Part shown: piece by piece, positions 7,168 to 17,843 of the stretch
Position numbering within the stretch: the first letter of the stretch is position 1
Layout of the letters: every line of letters starts with the position of its first letter
Origin: Pseudomonadota bacterium
GTDB taxonomy: Bacteria > Bdellovibrionota > Bdellovibrionia > Bdellovibrionales > SG-bin7
Direction of reading: 5' to 3'
Assembly: GCA_034439715.1 (NCBI GenBank)
Contig: JAWXAY010000069.1
Location: 1 to 39,188 of the forward strand
DNA length: 39,188 nucleotides
Program-made: the position numbers and the translations under genes
The notes under the pieces: generated by a model
Database searches by the model: none
The model's input: the letters and a program-made list of their open reading frames with translations, nothing else
What the model was told of the DNA's origin: nothing

Positions 7168-7950
7168 TTAGCCTGTTCTGACTTCGGCGTTATCAAAATA
7201 CTGCTGAAGTTTAGCTCGTAATCTAGAAATTGCTTGAGCGTGAACCTGAGAAACACGGCTCTCTGTTACTCGCAATACTCGGCCAATCTCTTTTAAATTG
7301 AGATCTTCATAATAATACAGCGAGAGCACCAAGCGAAGTCGCTCGGGCAAGTCTTCGATAGCTTTGGCAACGACATCTTTAACAGTCTTAAGATTTAACT
7401 CATTAAGAGGGTTGCTAGTTTTGTAACCTTCTAATAAATTTAGAATTGATTTTTTATCTACAGTACTAAAGCTCGATTGTTCATCGATCGAGAGAATGCT
7501 CACCGGCCGAACTTCATTGAGAAGATCGTAAAACTGGCTCATCGACATTTGCAATCTCTCTGCGACTTCTTCTTCAGTCGGCGACCGACCGATCTCGGTC
7601 TCGAGTGCAATGAGCGTTCGGTCTAAAAGTTTAGCCTTATCACGCACTGATCGAGGCACCCAGTCTTGCGCTCGCAATTCATCAAGTATCGAACCGCGGA
7701 CTCTGAACTCAGCATAAGTTTTAAATTTATTATCACGAGTGGGATCATATTTTTCAATCGCATCCATGAGACCGATAACTCCACTTGAAATTAAGTCATC
7801 CAACTCAATATTGGAGGGCAGTCGAATCGCAATTTTTTGCGCGATAAACCTAATGAGGGGAGCGTACTCCAAAATGAGTTTGTCCTTTTGCTCTTGTGTG
7901 AGCTTATTAGGTGCTTCTTTATATTTTTTTAGCAAATTGCTATTCGACAT
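7168..7950 (-). CDS. fliA: RNA polymerase sigma28 factor FliA/WhiG
   Basis: DDLISSGVIGLMDAIEKYD, FKTYAEFRVRGSILDELRAQDW, LYYYEDLNLKEIG..L.VTESRVSQ; follows flhG. Confidence 0.97.
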   Translation of the reverse strand: MSNSNLLKKYKEAPNKLTQEQKDKLILEYAPLIRFIAQKIAIRLPSNIELDDLISSGVIGLMDAIEKYDPTRDNKFKTYAEFRVRGSILDELRAQDWVPRSVRDKAKLLDRTLIALETEIGRSPTEEEVAERLQMSMSQFYDLLNEVRPVSILSIDEQSSFSTVDKKSILNLLEGYKTSNPLNELNLKTVKDVVAKAIEDLPERLRLVLSLYYYEDLNLKEIGRVLRVTESRVSQVHAQAISRLRAKLQQYFDNAEVRTG

Positions 7951-8027
7951 TTACTCCCCTAGGCTCCATATAGTTTATCAAAGTGGGAACCGCAATTAAA
8001 GTCCATAATTTTTCGTGCCAACGAATC

Positions 8028-8864
8028 CTATGCTAAATTTAACAATTGCTCCCAGTAGAACTGGATTCCGCCTTTAGCCTGATTAGGTTCCTGGGCCCTA
8101 CATACGTTTTCAGCCAGTCTCATGATGAGACGATTGACAGGTGCAAAAACATTTGACACTGACAACAGCTGCTGATTTCTCACGGCTCGACTGAGATCGG
8201 GATCATAGGGTATATAGCCTTTATAATCGAGTCCAACACTTAAAAACTTTGCCGTTACATCACTTAATTTTTGAAATAGAGCCAGACCATCGTTCTCTGA
8301 ACTCACTTGATTGCAAATGATTGAGAAGCGCTCCTCTTTTTGTCTTTGATTAAGAACTTTAATAAGAGCATAGGCATCGGTCAAAGATGAGGGGTCAGGA
8401 GTAACTACCACGCAGATTTCTTGGGCAGCAGAATTAAGGTCCAGAACGTTATCATCAATACCGGGGGCAGTATCAACCAGCATAAAGTCGAATTTTTTAT
8501 TCACACGAGATATCTGATCGACCAAGGCGCGCTTCTGAAACTTGTTCATATATTGTAGCTCATAGAGACCACTCCCACCGGGAATCAGATGAATACCTGG
8601 GTGGACCTCCATCATTATTTCTTCTACCGACTTTTTGCCGAATATAACGTCGTGAATAGTACCTTTGGCACGAACTCCAAATACAATATCTACGTTTGCC
8701 ATGGCAAAATCGCCATCTAGAATCAACATCTTTTTACCTTGTCGTGCCATATGAATTGCGATGTTTGAAAGGAGTACGGTTTTTCCGACTCCACCTTTGC
8801 CTGAGGTAAAGCTAATTGTCTTGGTGGTGCTACTTTTAAAGGGCTGTGTAAACGCAGATGCCAT
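8028..8864 (-). CDS. flhG: MinD-like ATPase FlhG/FleN
   Basis: Deviant Walker A SGKGGVGKT, DTAPG, PDPSSLTDAYALIK; lies between flhF and fliA. Confidence 0.95.
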   Translation of the reverse strand: MASAFTQPFKSSTTKTISFTSGKGGVGKTVLLSNIAIHMARQGKKMLILDGDFAMANVDIVFGVRAKGTIHDVIFGKKSVEEIMMEVHPGIHLIPGGSGLYELQYMNKFQKRALVDQISRVNKKFDFMLVDTAPGIDDNVLDLNSAAQEICVVVTPDPSSLTDAYALIKVLNQRQKEERFSIICNQVSSENDGLALFQKLSDVTAKFLSVGLDYKGYIPYDPDLSRAVRNQQLLSVSNVFAPVNRLIMRLAENVCRAQEPNQAKGGIQFYWEQLLNLA

Positions 8865-8877
8865 ATTTTAGAGACTC

Positions 8878-10290
8878 CTAATCCTGTTTTGAAAGTTTAA
8901 AAATTAAATCTAAAACTCGTTCTTTTGTTGCTAACTCAAAATCCTCAGGCATGCGCGGGCCTATACCGAAGGAATGTAGTGGTACGGCAAATCGCCTCTG
9001 AAAATTATAAAGAATCCCATGATGACAGGCTTCATCTATAGCAGTAAAAATCACATCGTTAAAACCCAGACTGCTATAGCGCTTACCGACTTCAAACGCC
9101 TCGCTATCACGATATACTGATGACTGCACAAAGTGTGTGGTCGAAACTACTGATGGCGGAGGCAGGTACTGTTTAGCGAGCTGTAACTCTTGTGGATTTT
9201 TAAGAGCCATTCCCGGAAAATCCACAAGTATCATATCCACGTTGCTAAATTGGGTTAAATATTGGGCCCAGTCTTGTCCCGATCTAATTACTGCGAATGG
9301 TACATTCAATATTTTTGAAAATATTCGAAGCTGCTCTACTGCTCCAATTTTAAGACTGTCGGCAGTGAGAATTGCGACACTCCTCTTTTTTCCAACCACC
9401 AACTGGCTAGCAAACTTGACCAATGAAGAAGTTTTACCCGCGCCAGTGTTGCCAACAAAAATGTGCACGCGTCCTTGATCGGGTTCTGCAACCGTCGAGA
9501 TCTGATCTAATAGATATTTATAAAGCCAACCTAAAGTCAGAGCACGATCCTTTAATTGTGGTTGACTGAGATTTTTTTGCACAATCTCTGTCATCTCGAA
9601 AGCATATTCCTCAATGATCCCATGAGATGTCAGATTCTCAAAAACATAACTGAGTTCATAAGGCAGGCCCCAATTGGCGCCGGGATACATGGAAACTTTT
9701 GTGGAGCCTTGGCTTTGTTCAATGACTGTCTTAAGTCTTGAAATCTCTTCATTTAGCTCTTTAATATTGTTGTCTGGCTTCTTCAGGGATTCTTGAGTCG
9801 CCGCGATTTTAGCCGCCTGCAGCCTGCGGATAGTTTGGTCTTTTACACTATCGGTGGAACCCATCTGTGGGCCGAGATCATCCGAATGCAGATGCTTTAA
9901 AAGTGTCTTTACGTTTCTGCCAACCGAAGTAGGACTCAGTGATTCATCCTCAGGAATATCAACGTAGGACATACTGGTCTTGGGACGAAGGTATTCTTTT
10001 TCGCGTTGAAATTCCTCAAACACGTTATCGATAAGTTCTTTTTGTTTTTTAGCGGAGCTAGCCTGAAATTTTCTTTTGGCCGACTCATTGAGTTTAGATT
10101 CGGCAAGCTGCTTTTTTCTTAAATTATTCTCGGGAACGGCCGCGGTGACTTCAACGCTGCCTCTTCCAGCAAGACCAAAACTATTCCGATTGCCTTTTGC
10201 CGAAAGAATAATGGCATCAGGCCCAAGGTGGGTCTTTACCATTTCTAGAGCTTCCTTCATTGTACTAGCTTCAAACTTTTTAACCTGCAT
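8878..10290 (-). CDS. flhF: Flagellar SRP-family GTPase FlhF with degenerate motifs
   Basis: N-terminal MQVKKFEA..M.EAL..VK..LGPDAIILS; P-loop GNTGAGKT; IGAVEQL; GPRMPEDF. Confidence 0.93.
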   Translation of the reverse strand: MQVKKFEASTMKEALEMVKTHLGPDAIILSAKGNRNSFGLAGRGSVEVTAAVPENNLRKKQLAESKLNESAKRKFQASSAKKQKELIDNVFEEFQREKEYLRPKTSMSYVDIPEDESLSPTSVGRNVKTLLKHLHSDDLGPQMGSTDSVKDQTIRRLQAAKIAATQESLKKPDNNIKELNEEISRLKTVIEQSQGSTKVSMYPGANWGLPYELSYVFENLTSHGIIEEYAFEMTEIVQKNLSQPQLKDRALTLGWLYKYLLDQISTVAEPDQGRVHIFVGNTGAGKTSSLVKFASQLVVGKKRSVAILTADSLKIGAVEQLRIFSKILNVPFAVIRSGQDWAQYLTQFSNVDMILVDFPGMALKNPQELQLAKQYLPPPSVVSTTHFVQSSVYRDSEAFEVGKRYSSLGFNDVIFTAIDEACHHGILYNFQRRFAVPLHSFGIGPRMPEDFELATKERVLDLIFKLSKQD

Positions 10291-12376
10291 TTTCTAACTC
10301 CACGACACCGACAGAACGCACTTTTGCGTCTGAAGAAATTTCGTTATGTGACAATACCGACAACTGAGGAATAAATCTCGATGTTAATTTATAAATGTGG
10401 CGACGAGAGGTGGGACTCGTCAAAACTACCGGGAGACCAGCAACTTCAGGATGAAGTTCAATTGATTTTGATATCTGTGCAATTAACTTTTGTGCGGTCA
10501 TAGGATCCATTACTAGTTGGACGCCTTGATCGGTTTGAATAAGAGAGTTAGCTATCAACGACTCCACCTTTGGCGCAAGTGCGATAACATTCAATTGCCC
10601 CTTAGCATCAATATATTTAGAACTAATCGATCGTGCCAATCCCCTTCTTACAGATTCAGTTAGTACTTCGAGATCCTTGGACTTCGAAGCCTCATCCGCC
10701 AGAGTCTCAAAAATAGTCAGCATGTCACGAATGGACACACCCTCTTTTAAAAGATTCTGCAGCACTTTTACAACGCCGCCCAATGGGAGAACGTCGGGAA
10801 TAAGTTCCTCGACGACTTTTGGATAACTCTTCTTGAAGTTATCAATAAGCGATTGAGCCTCTTGGCGCCCTAGCAGTTCATGAGCATGACCACGTATGAC
10901 CTCGGTCAAGTGAGTAGCCATAATGGTGGAAATATCAACGACCGTATAGCCAGCCATTTCTGCCTGCTCCTTTTGACCCTTGGTAATCCAAAGCGCATCT
11001 AATCCAAAAGCCGGTTCTGTTGTGGGAATTCCTTCTACCGGCTCGGTAACGTTTCCGGGGTCCATCGCCATCATTTGGTCTGGCTTCAGTTTTCCGCTCG
11101 CAACTTTATTTCCTTTGATCATTAATCGGTACTCACCAGGGTCAAGTTGAAGGTTGTCTCTGATGTGCACGCTGGGCACCACAATTCCCAAATCAATCGC
11201 GAATTGCTTCCGAATGCTAACAATCCTCTCCACGAGATCTCCTGAATGTTCACTCTCTACAGCATTGATGAGCGCGTAGCCGACCTCGAGTTCTATGAGA
11301 TCCAAAGGCAATAGACTTTCGACTTTTTCTTGCGTTGGCCGCAGAGCTTTTTCTTCGCCTTCACGTTTAATTTTATCTTTTTCATCTTTCTGAAATCGAG
11401 TAAGAACCCAAGAAGTACCGCCAAGAATAGCAGCCATTGTCATAAATGGAGTAGTTGGCAAGCCGGGTATTAAAGCTAAAACCAGCATTACTCCGCTAGA
11501 AGTAGAAACGGCCCGAGGGTTCAAAAATAACTGTCTTAAAACCTCGCTTCCCATGTTGTTTTCACTGGCGTTTCTAGTCACCACCATACCTGCGGCTGTC
11601 GAAACAATAAGCGCGGGAATCTGAGTTACCAGACCATCACCTATTGACAACATGGTATAATATTTCGCAGCAGTGGCTAAATCTAAATCGCGTTGTAATA
11701 CTCCGATTAGTAAACCGCCGACCACGTTGACTATAGTAATAATTATTCCGGCGATAGCATCTCCACGCACAAATTTACTAGCACCATCCATGGATCCATA
11801 AAAGTCGGCTTCTTCTTCAATTTCTTTTCGCCGCCTCCGTGCTTCGTCTTCAGTAATGAGTCCCGCATTTAAATCGGCATCGATAGACATTTGTTTGCCC
11901 GGCATAGCATCTAATGTAAATCGAGCAGCTACTTCAGCAATCCGACCAGAACCCTTTGTGATAACAATGAAGTTAATAATAACTAATATCACGAATACTA
12001 TAAATCCAATGATGTAGTTGTTTCCGACCACAAAATGACCAAAGGCAGAAATAACCTGTCCAGCAGCCTCTGGACCTTCATGACCATGACTTAAAATCAA
12101 TCGTGTCGATGCTACGTTGAGAGAAAGACGAAGTAGGGTCGTAATAAGCAAGAGGCTCGGAAATACACTAAAATCGAGAGCCTTATTAATATAAAGTGCA
12201 ACCAATAAAGTTAGTATGCTGAGAGCCAAAGACAGTGTTAGAGAAAAATCCAAAATAAAGGGTGGAAGTGGAATTATCATCACGCCTAAAATACCGATAA
12301 AAGCAACTGCCATCATCAGATCAGTATTGCGCGAGATCACCTCGAATTTTTTTAGGAACTGAAAAACTGCTTCCAT
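10280..12376 (-). CDS. flhA: Flagellar export gate protein FlhA
   Basis: RIAEVAARFTLDAMPGKQMSIDADL, FYGSMDGASKFVRGDA. Confidence 0.98.
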   Translation of the reverse strand: MEAVFQFLKKFEVISRNTDLMMAVAFIGILGVMIIPLPPFILDFSLTLSLALSILTLLVALYINKALDFSVFPSLLLITTLLRLSLNVASTRLILSHGHEGPEAAGQVISAFGHFVVGNNYIIGFIVFVILVIINFIVITKGSGRIAEVAARFTLDAMPGKQMSIDADLNAGLITEDEARRRRKEIEEEADFYGSMDGASKFVRGDAIAGIIITIVNVVGGLLIGVLQRDLDLATAAKYYTMLSIGDGLVTQIPALIVSTAAGMVVTRNASENNMGSEVLRQLFLNPRAVSTSSGVMLVLALIPGLPTTPFMTMAAILGGTSWVLTRFQKDEKDKIKREGEEKALRPTQEKVESLLPLDLIELEVGYALINAVESEHSGDLVERIVSIRKQFAIDLGIVVPSVHIRDNLQLDPGEYRLMIKGNKVASGKLKPDQMMAMDPGNVTEPVEGIPTTEPAFGLDALWITKGQKEQAEMAGYTVVDISTIMATHLTEVIRGHAHELLGRQEAQSLIDNFKKSYPKVVEELIPDVLPLGGVVKVLQNLLKEGVSIRDMLTIFETLADEASKSKDLEVLTESVRRGLARSISSKYIDAKGQLNVIALAPKVESLIANSLIQTDQGVQLVMDPMTAQKLIAQISKSIELHPEVAGLPVVLTSPTSRRHIYKLTSRFIPQLSVLSHNEISSDAKVRSVGVVELENAG

Positions 12377-12377
12377 T

Positions 12378-13448
12378 TTAGGTTAACCTCTTCTTTTTCA
12401 ACTTGAATACGTACGACAGAACTTCGGCCACTGCATTGTAGAGTTCTCTGGGAACAACCTGTCCGACTTTTAAACTTTTAAATATTGTTCGCGCCAAGGG
12501 TTTGTTTTCCACTATCGGCACATTACTACTGCGGGCGATTTCTTTTATTTTTTCTGCAATGATACCTGCGCCCATGGCGACGATAATTGGCGCGGCCATC
12601 TTTTGTAACTCATATTTAATTGCCACAGCAATGTGAGTTGGGTTTGTCACAATGACATCAGCCTTTGGCACTTCTTGCATCATTCGCTTTTGCGCCATCT
12701 CTCTTTGCACGCGTCGAATACGTGCACGAATCATTGGGTCTCCCTCTCGAGACTTTAACTCTTCTTTTATTTCTTGTTTGCTCATTCGCATGGACTTTTC
12801 AAGTTCCCAATATTGAAAAAAATAGTCCATCGCGGCTATCACGGCCATAAACACACCGATCGTGCTCAATAGTTTAAAGGTAATACTTGATGCATAGGCA
12901 AGTAATTCCATGGGACCATAAGACACTAAAAACGGAATCGTCTTAATTTCGTGCTTCAACGTCAAATACGCGACACCGCAAACCAGGGTCACCTTTAAAA
13001 GAGATTTAAATCCCTCCACGAGTGATCTCAAACTAAATAGTCGTTTGAATCCTTGAATGGGATTTATTCTTTCCCACTTTAGCTCAAAGAATTCTTCGTT
13101 TGTAAGAATTCCCACCTGAACAACCGAGGAGGCCACAGTTAACAGAAAAATGATTCCCAGCATTGGGCCGACAATAAGTAAACCTTTAATGACACATAGT
13201 TTTATTAAGGAGTAATCAAAACCGTGTTTTACACTCCTCACAAGACCATCGCCGAATAATTCCGTAAACAATAAAAAAAACTGCTCCAGCATAAATCGAC
13301 CCAAAAACCAAAAGAGAATAGTCAAACCAAAGAGCATAAATACGGCCGAAAGCTCCTTAGTCTGCGCAACTTGGCCCCGATTACGGAACTCTTCGCGCCT
13401 CAGTGGCGTCGCCTCTTCGGTTTTTTCTGAATCATCGACCTCAGACAT
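12378..13448 (-). CDS. flhB: Flagellar export switch protein FlhB
   Basis: EKTEEAT, EGDP..RARIR, NPTH autocleavage motif. ATG 13448 is preceded by GGAAGG. Confidence 0.97.
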   Translation of the reverse strand: MSEVDDSEKTEEATPLRREEFRNRGQVAQTKELSAVFMLFGLTILFWFLGRFMLEQFFLLFTELFGDGLVRSVKHGFDYSLIKLCVIKGLLIVGPMLGIIFLLTVASSVVQVGILTNEEFFELKWERINPIQGFKRLFSLRSLVEGFKSLLKVTLVCGVAYLTLKHEIKTIPFLVSYGPMELLAYASSITFKLLSTIGVFMAVIAAMDYFFQYWELEKSMRMSKQEIKEELKSREGDPMIRARIRRVQREMAQKRMMQEVPKADVIVTNPTHIAVAIKYELQKMAAPIIVAMGAGIIAEKIKEIARSSNVPIVENKPLARTIFKSLKVGQVVPRELYNAVAEVLSYVFKLKKKRLT

Positions 13449-13466
13449 TCCCAATACCTTCCCTGA

Positions 13467-14246
13467 TCACAGGTTCTTCATCATTTCAAACAATCGAGTC
13501 GTCATGCTTTCCAACATTTCTCGCATCTCATAGCTAAATAACGGCAGTGAAACTATGAGTGTTGCGAGTCCCACAAGTATGTTTGCCGGCAAACTTGTCA
13601 CTAGCACATTGATCTGTGGAACTGCTCGTCCCACAATTCCCATTGCAATATTCACAAAAAATATAGAAATCATTACTGGGGCTGCCACCTTTATGCCAAT
13701 GACCATAACTTCACCAATAAGAGGACCCATGCCCGCGAAAGCATTGAAATCTATTCCGACAGTACTTATAGGTACCAACTTAAAGCTTGCTGCAAAACCG
13801 GAAAGAAAATGATGATGTCCATTTATAAAAAGAAAAAAAAGTGACCCGAGCATTACTTTAAACTGTTCAACCGCACTACCCTCAACATTCATTGTCGGAT
13901 TGAATACCTGAGCACTAGAAAGGCCCATACTCATACTTATGATTTGGCCGCCAATGGCAATTCCCTGAAAAAACATTGCAGTAAAAAAACCTATCGTAAG
14001 CCCAATGGCCACTTCACGAGCGGCTAGAAATATAACAATGCCCGAAGACAGATCTACACCCAATTGCTTCCAGCCGATAACGGGAAAAAGCACGAATGTT
14101 ATTACAAGAGAGGTCAGAATTTTAACAGGCATTGGAACGGCAGCCGTGCCTAATATTGCCCAGCTTACCATAAACGATACCACACGTAAGAATACCAAGA
14201 TAAATGCAAGCATTTCTGTTTCAGCAAATTGGTATAATGAACCCAT
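13467..14246 (-). CDS. fliR: Flagellar export protein FliR
   Basis: Hydrophobic; GQIISMSMGL, GRAVPQINV; operon position. Confidence 0.95.
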   Translation of the reverse strand: MGSLYQFAETEMLAFILVFLRVVSFMVSWAILGTAAVPMPVKILTSLVITFVLFPVIGWKQLGVDLSSGIVIFLAAREVAIGLTIGFFTAMFFQGIAIGGQIISMSMGLSSAQVFNPTMNVEGSAVEQFKVMLGSLFFLFINGHHHFLSGFAASFKLVPISTVGIDFNAFAGMGPLIGEVMVIGIKVAAPVMISIFFVNIAMGIVGRAVPQINVLVTSLPANILVGLATLIVSLPLFSYEMREMLESMTTRLFEMMKNL

Positions 14247-14519
14247 TTAGTTCCTTACGTATTGTCCCATACTCTCAAATAAATTAATTGTATAAACTGA
14301 CATTGTGTCTATCATCCAATGTCCACCCAGCACCAAAATAACTGCGATTACCAAAAGTTTAGGAATAAAAGTCAGTGTCGCCTCATTGATTTGAGTGACC
14401 GCTTGAAAAACGCTAATAATAATACCTGTGACGAGAGCGCCCAGAAGCAAGGGCGCTGCCAAAATCGCTGATACCTTTAAGGCCTCGTGCCCTAACTTTA
14501 AAATTAGATCCTCACCCAT
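14247..14519 (-). CDS. fliQ: Flagellar export protein FliQ
   Basis: ISVFQAVTQINEATLTFIPK. Confidence 0.97.
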   Translation of the reverse strand: MGEDLILKLGHEALKVSAILAAPLLLGALVTGIIISVFQAVTQINEATLTFIPKLLVIAVILVLGGHWMIDTMSVYTINLFESMGQYVRN

Positions 14520-14527
14520 TATTCCCC

Positions 14528-15283
14528 TCAGCCAAAACTTTTAACCATTGAGCCCACTAACAGAGTCCAACCATCAACCAATACAAAAAGCATAATCTTA
14601 AATGGAAGCGAAACCACCACTGGTGGCAACATCATCATACCGATAGCCATCAAGACGCTCGCCGTTACCATATCAATAATCAAAAACGGCAAGAAAAGAA
14701 TGAAGCCAATTTGAAAAGCAGTTTTTAACTCCGAAATAACAAAAGCGGGGATTAAAACTGTCGAAGGTACATCGGCCCTCGTTTTAGGGGCCTCCATTTT
14801 GGACAATTTAACAAACAGAGAAAGATCAGCGTCGCGAGTTTGATTGAACATAAAACCACGAAGTGGCTTCATCGCGTTTTCCATCGCCGCGTCCTGGCCT
14901 ATTTTTCCCTCGAGATAAGGTCTAACGGCATTGTTGTTAATTTCAATAAACGCCGGCCCCATAATAAAAAATGTCAAAAAAAGTGCGAGACCAACTAATA
15001 GTTGATTCGGTGGCATTTGCTGAGTGCCCATTGCCTGTCTTAAAAAAGACAACACGATAATAATTCGCGTGAAGCTCGTCATTAGAATTAATATTGCGGG
15101 CGCCAATGTCAAAATCGTAAGTATTAGAATTATTTTAATAGTGTTTACAACCTCGTTGGGATTAGTTGTATTTTTAAATCCCAAATTTAAAGAGGGTAGC
15201 GTAAGCCCCTGAGCATGGGCAAGACTGCCCCCACAGAGTACAAATGCAAAAAGTAAATACCAGTAAATGGAATTCTTTTTCAT
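14528..15283 (-). CDS. fliP: Flagellar export protein FliP
   Basis: [51 protein letters not shown]. Confidence 0.98.
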   Translation of the reverse strand: MKKNSIYWYLLFAFVLCGGSLAHAQGLTLPSLNLGFKNTTNPNEVVNTIKIILILTILTLAPAILILMTSFTRIIIVLSFLRQAMGTQQMPPNQLLVGLALFLTFFIMGPAFIEINNNAVRPYLEGKIGQDAAMENAMKPLRGFMFNQTRDADLSLFVKLSKMEAPKTRADVPSTVLIPAFVISELKTAFQIGFILFLPFLIIDMVTASVLMAIGMMMLPPVVVSLPFKIMLFVLVDGWTLLVGSMVKSFG

Positions 15284-15284
15284 T

Positions 15285-16415
15285 TTATATTGTGTTCATT
15301 CCTTTTAGTTTTGCTCGAACCAATTCTTTAATTCCTTTTACCGAAAATTCCTCGGGCACATCTCGGGCTTTATCATAGGCCTTCAAAGCCACCCGACCGG
15401 TAGCGCCAATCGAAATTTTATCAGGTTTTGACTCCGGCAGTGCGCGTATCTCCTCGTGCTCTGCCTGGCGTAGTGTTCTTTCGAAGTTTGTAGGGACTTC
15501 TTCGGGTAGTTCGTCTTCTAAAAGTGAAAGTGTCTTGATAGGCGTTATGTTCTGGTCAGTGATTCCAATTAAAATGGACTCACCCGCGACTCTAATAATA
15601 GCCAGGCTCTTTCGCGGAGCTAGATAGTGTTGAGTAATTACCTTGATCTGACTGTGCTTAAGACTCTTTTTTGAGATTTTAGTCCAACCTTTTAAGACGA
15701 CGCTAAAAATGAGCGCCATTCCGACAAAAGCGATGAGGCCAAAAATAATTTTCTTAATTGGGAGCGCACTACTTGATGTTTTGGTTTTTGACTGAGCTAG
15801 CACAGGAATTTTCTCCTCTTCCATGGGTTTAATTTTAGTGGTTTCTGTTTTAGACGGAGCCAGCGCAACTGCACTACTGGCTGAGGCTTTAGCAATTGCC
15901 TCCCGGGAAACTTCTCCGCTAGGTGTTATTCCCATTTCTTCCATTATTTCTCTTTTTAGTCCTTGGGGAATAACAGGATTGGAGTCCAAAAGTGAAGCCT
16001 CATTCTTTGCTGGGTAGGCTCCTACTTTAATTCGCAAAACATCACCTTCAGCTGTAACTTTTATTGTCTCTTGATACTGATCTGCCGCCAAGTTTGACTT
16101 AAGTATGACTCTTGTTCGCAGCAAATCCTTTGAAGCCTGATAGGTAAAAACTGATTTTACTCGATCGTCTTTTACCTGAGTCGTTCTTTTTCCTTGAGCG
16201 ATGTAGCCATCAGGAATGTTGATTTGTATTGTTTCATTTATGAACTCCGTGGTAACCAACTCGGTCGAAACCGGTTGGTCAAACTTGAGTTCGGTCATGA
16301 AGGCCGCACCTGAACTTGTGGTTTTTACATCCATTAGATTTAAACGCGCCCCTTCGGTCACCATCGGAAAGACAACGGCTACTGCCAAAAGGAGTAGATT
16401 CTTCATCCGCTTCAC
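15285..16415 (-). CDS. fliO: FliO/FliZ-family protein with an extra N-terminal periplasmic domain
   Basis: Signal peptide, beta-rich N domain, TM segment, then [30 protein letters not shown]; lies between fliN and fliP. Confidence 0.85.
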   Translation of the reverse strand: MKRMKNLLLLAVAVVFPMVTEGARLNLMDVKTTSSGAAFMTELKFDQPVSTELVTTEFINETIQINIPDGYIAQGKRTTQVKDDRVKSVFTYQASKDLLRTRVILKSNLAADQYQETIKVTAEGDVLRIKVGAYPAKNEASLLDSNPVIPQGLKREIMEEMGITPSGEVSREAIAKASASSAVALAPSKTETTKIKPMEEEKIPVLAQSKTKTSSSALPIKKIIFGLIAFVGMALIFSVVLKGWTKISKKSLKHSQIKVITQHYLAPRKSLAIIRVAGESILIGITDQNITPIKTLSLLEDELPEEVPTNFERTLRQAEHEEIRALPESKPDKISIGATGRVALKAYDKARDVPEEFSVKGIKELVRAKLKGMNTI

Positions 16416-16429
16416 TTTGCCCCCTTTAA

Positions 16430-16813
16430 TTATTTTAATTGTTCCACTCGTTCTTTTTGCGAAATTATATCAGTGAGACGCACACCGAATTTTTCGTTCA
16501 CTACCACAGCCTCGCCCCGAGCAACTAGTTTATCGTTAACTAATACCTCAAGTGGTTCACCAGCTAATTTGCTCAGCTCAATCACACTACCTTGGCCTAA
16601 ATTAAGCAGATCACTTACAACCATCTTAGTTCGACCTAGCTCCACAGCTACACGCAGAGGTATATCCAAAATAAGATTTAGGTTTCGATCTTTGTTTTCG
16701 GCTGCTGTGGCAGCCGCGCCGCTATCTGCCGGTGGAGCGCCCGCCCCACCAATCGCAGCCTCGAGACTTTCTGCTGCGCCTTCTTCTGCTTTAATAAATT
16801 GATTTATTGCCAC
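16430..16813 (-). CDS. fliN: Flagellar C-ring protein FliN
   Basis: [41 protein letters not shown]. Confidence 0.97.
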   Translation of the reverse strand: MAINQFIKAEEGAAESLEAAIGGAGAPPADSGAAATAAENKDRNLNLILDIPLRVAVELGRTKMVVSDLLNLGQGSVIELSKLAGEPLEVLVNDKLVARGEAVVVNEKFGVRLTDIISQKERVEQLK

Positions 16814-16822
16814 TTAAACACC

Positions 16823-17830
16823 TCACTTGTGAGAAAATCCAGTAATTTGCATGGCAACTGTGCCATGATTGATGCCATAATAACCTTTGAACTTTGGAAC
16901 GCCTTCTACTTGAACTAGCAATTCACCATTAGCGTCTTGGGCCAATGGGATCACATCGCCTATTTTGAGTTCTGTTAAATCTTGCAGGTTTATCGATGTG
17001 TAACCGAGATCAACTTTTATATCCATGTCGGTTTTTAATAAAGCTTCAGAAAAACTGCTCTGCCATAATCTTTTGTCCGTTTGATCTGATTCAACCTGAA
17101 ATCCTGTCGATAGTTTTTGTTTAATAGGCTCTATGGTCGCGTACGGAATTACTAACGTAATTGTTCCATTAGCATTCTCCAGCTCAACGTCAAATGTCGA
17201 TGCAATCACAACGTCCGTTGGAGGCACTATTCCCACGAACTGAGGGTTCACTTCGGTTCTAACAAAACTGCAATCAATTTTTTCAACTGCTGCCCAGGCA
17301 TTTTCTAAATCTGTGATTGCAAGCTCAACAACTTTTCGGACAATTGATAATTCAATGGGCGTGAAGTCTTTGCCTTCAATCTTAGTATAGGGGCGATCCG
17401 AACCACCAAAAAAACTGTCCACTAGAGCATAGGCCAGCTTGCTTTCGATAACAAAAAGTGCCGAACCACGTAATGCAGAAAATCGCAAGACGCTCATGCA
17501 CGTGGGCATTGGTAGGGTATTTATGAATTCACCAAATTTTAGGTAGTCGGTACTGGCATGATTAAGAGAGGAAATTTTTCTAAGTGCTGACGAAAGTGAG
17601 ATACGAAAGGATCTCATAAACTTTTCGTAGATAACGTCGAGCTGAGGCAGACGTCCTCGAATAATTCGGTCCTGGCTGGTTAAATCATAGCTGACTACGA
17701 CCTGGTCATTTTCGGCTCCGCCGCCGCCGCCAGGCCCACCGCCTGAAGAATCACCATTCGAACCTACTTCGCCTTCCGAAACTGCTGCTAAGAGTGCATC
17801 AACTTCGCTTTGCGATAGCACCTGATTCAT
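16823..17830 (-). CDS. fliM: Flagellar C-ring protein FliM
   Basis: N-terminal CheY-binding LSQSEVDALL, FFGG, EVNPQF. Confidence 0.97.
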   Translation of the reverse strand: MNQVLSQSEVDALLAAVSEGEVGSNGDSSGGGPGGGGGAENDQVVVSYDLTSQDRIIRGRLPQLDVIYEKFMRSFRISLSSALRKISSLNHASTDYLKFGEFINTLPMPTCMSVLRFSALRGSALFVIESKLAYALVDSFFGGSDRPYTKIEGKDFTPIELSIVRKVVELAITDLENAWAAVEKIDCSFVRTEVNPQFVGIVPPTDVVIASTFDVELENANGTITLVIPYATIEPIKQKLSTGFQVESDQTDKRLWQSSFSEALLKTDMDIKVDLGYTSINLQDLTELKIGDVIPLAQDANGELLVQVEGVPKFKGYYGINHGTVAMQITGFSHK

Positions 17831-17843
17831 TTATTCCCCTCTT

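Noticed and set aside
7990..8022. sigma54 promoter directly upstream of fliA (TTGGCACG on the minus strand)
   Set aside because: The -24 box is perfect, but the -12 position reads TA rather than GC. The nearby TGG...TTGC has 9-nt rather than 10-nt spacing.
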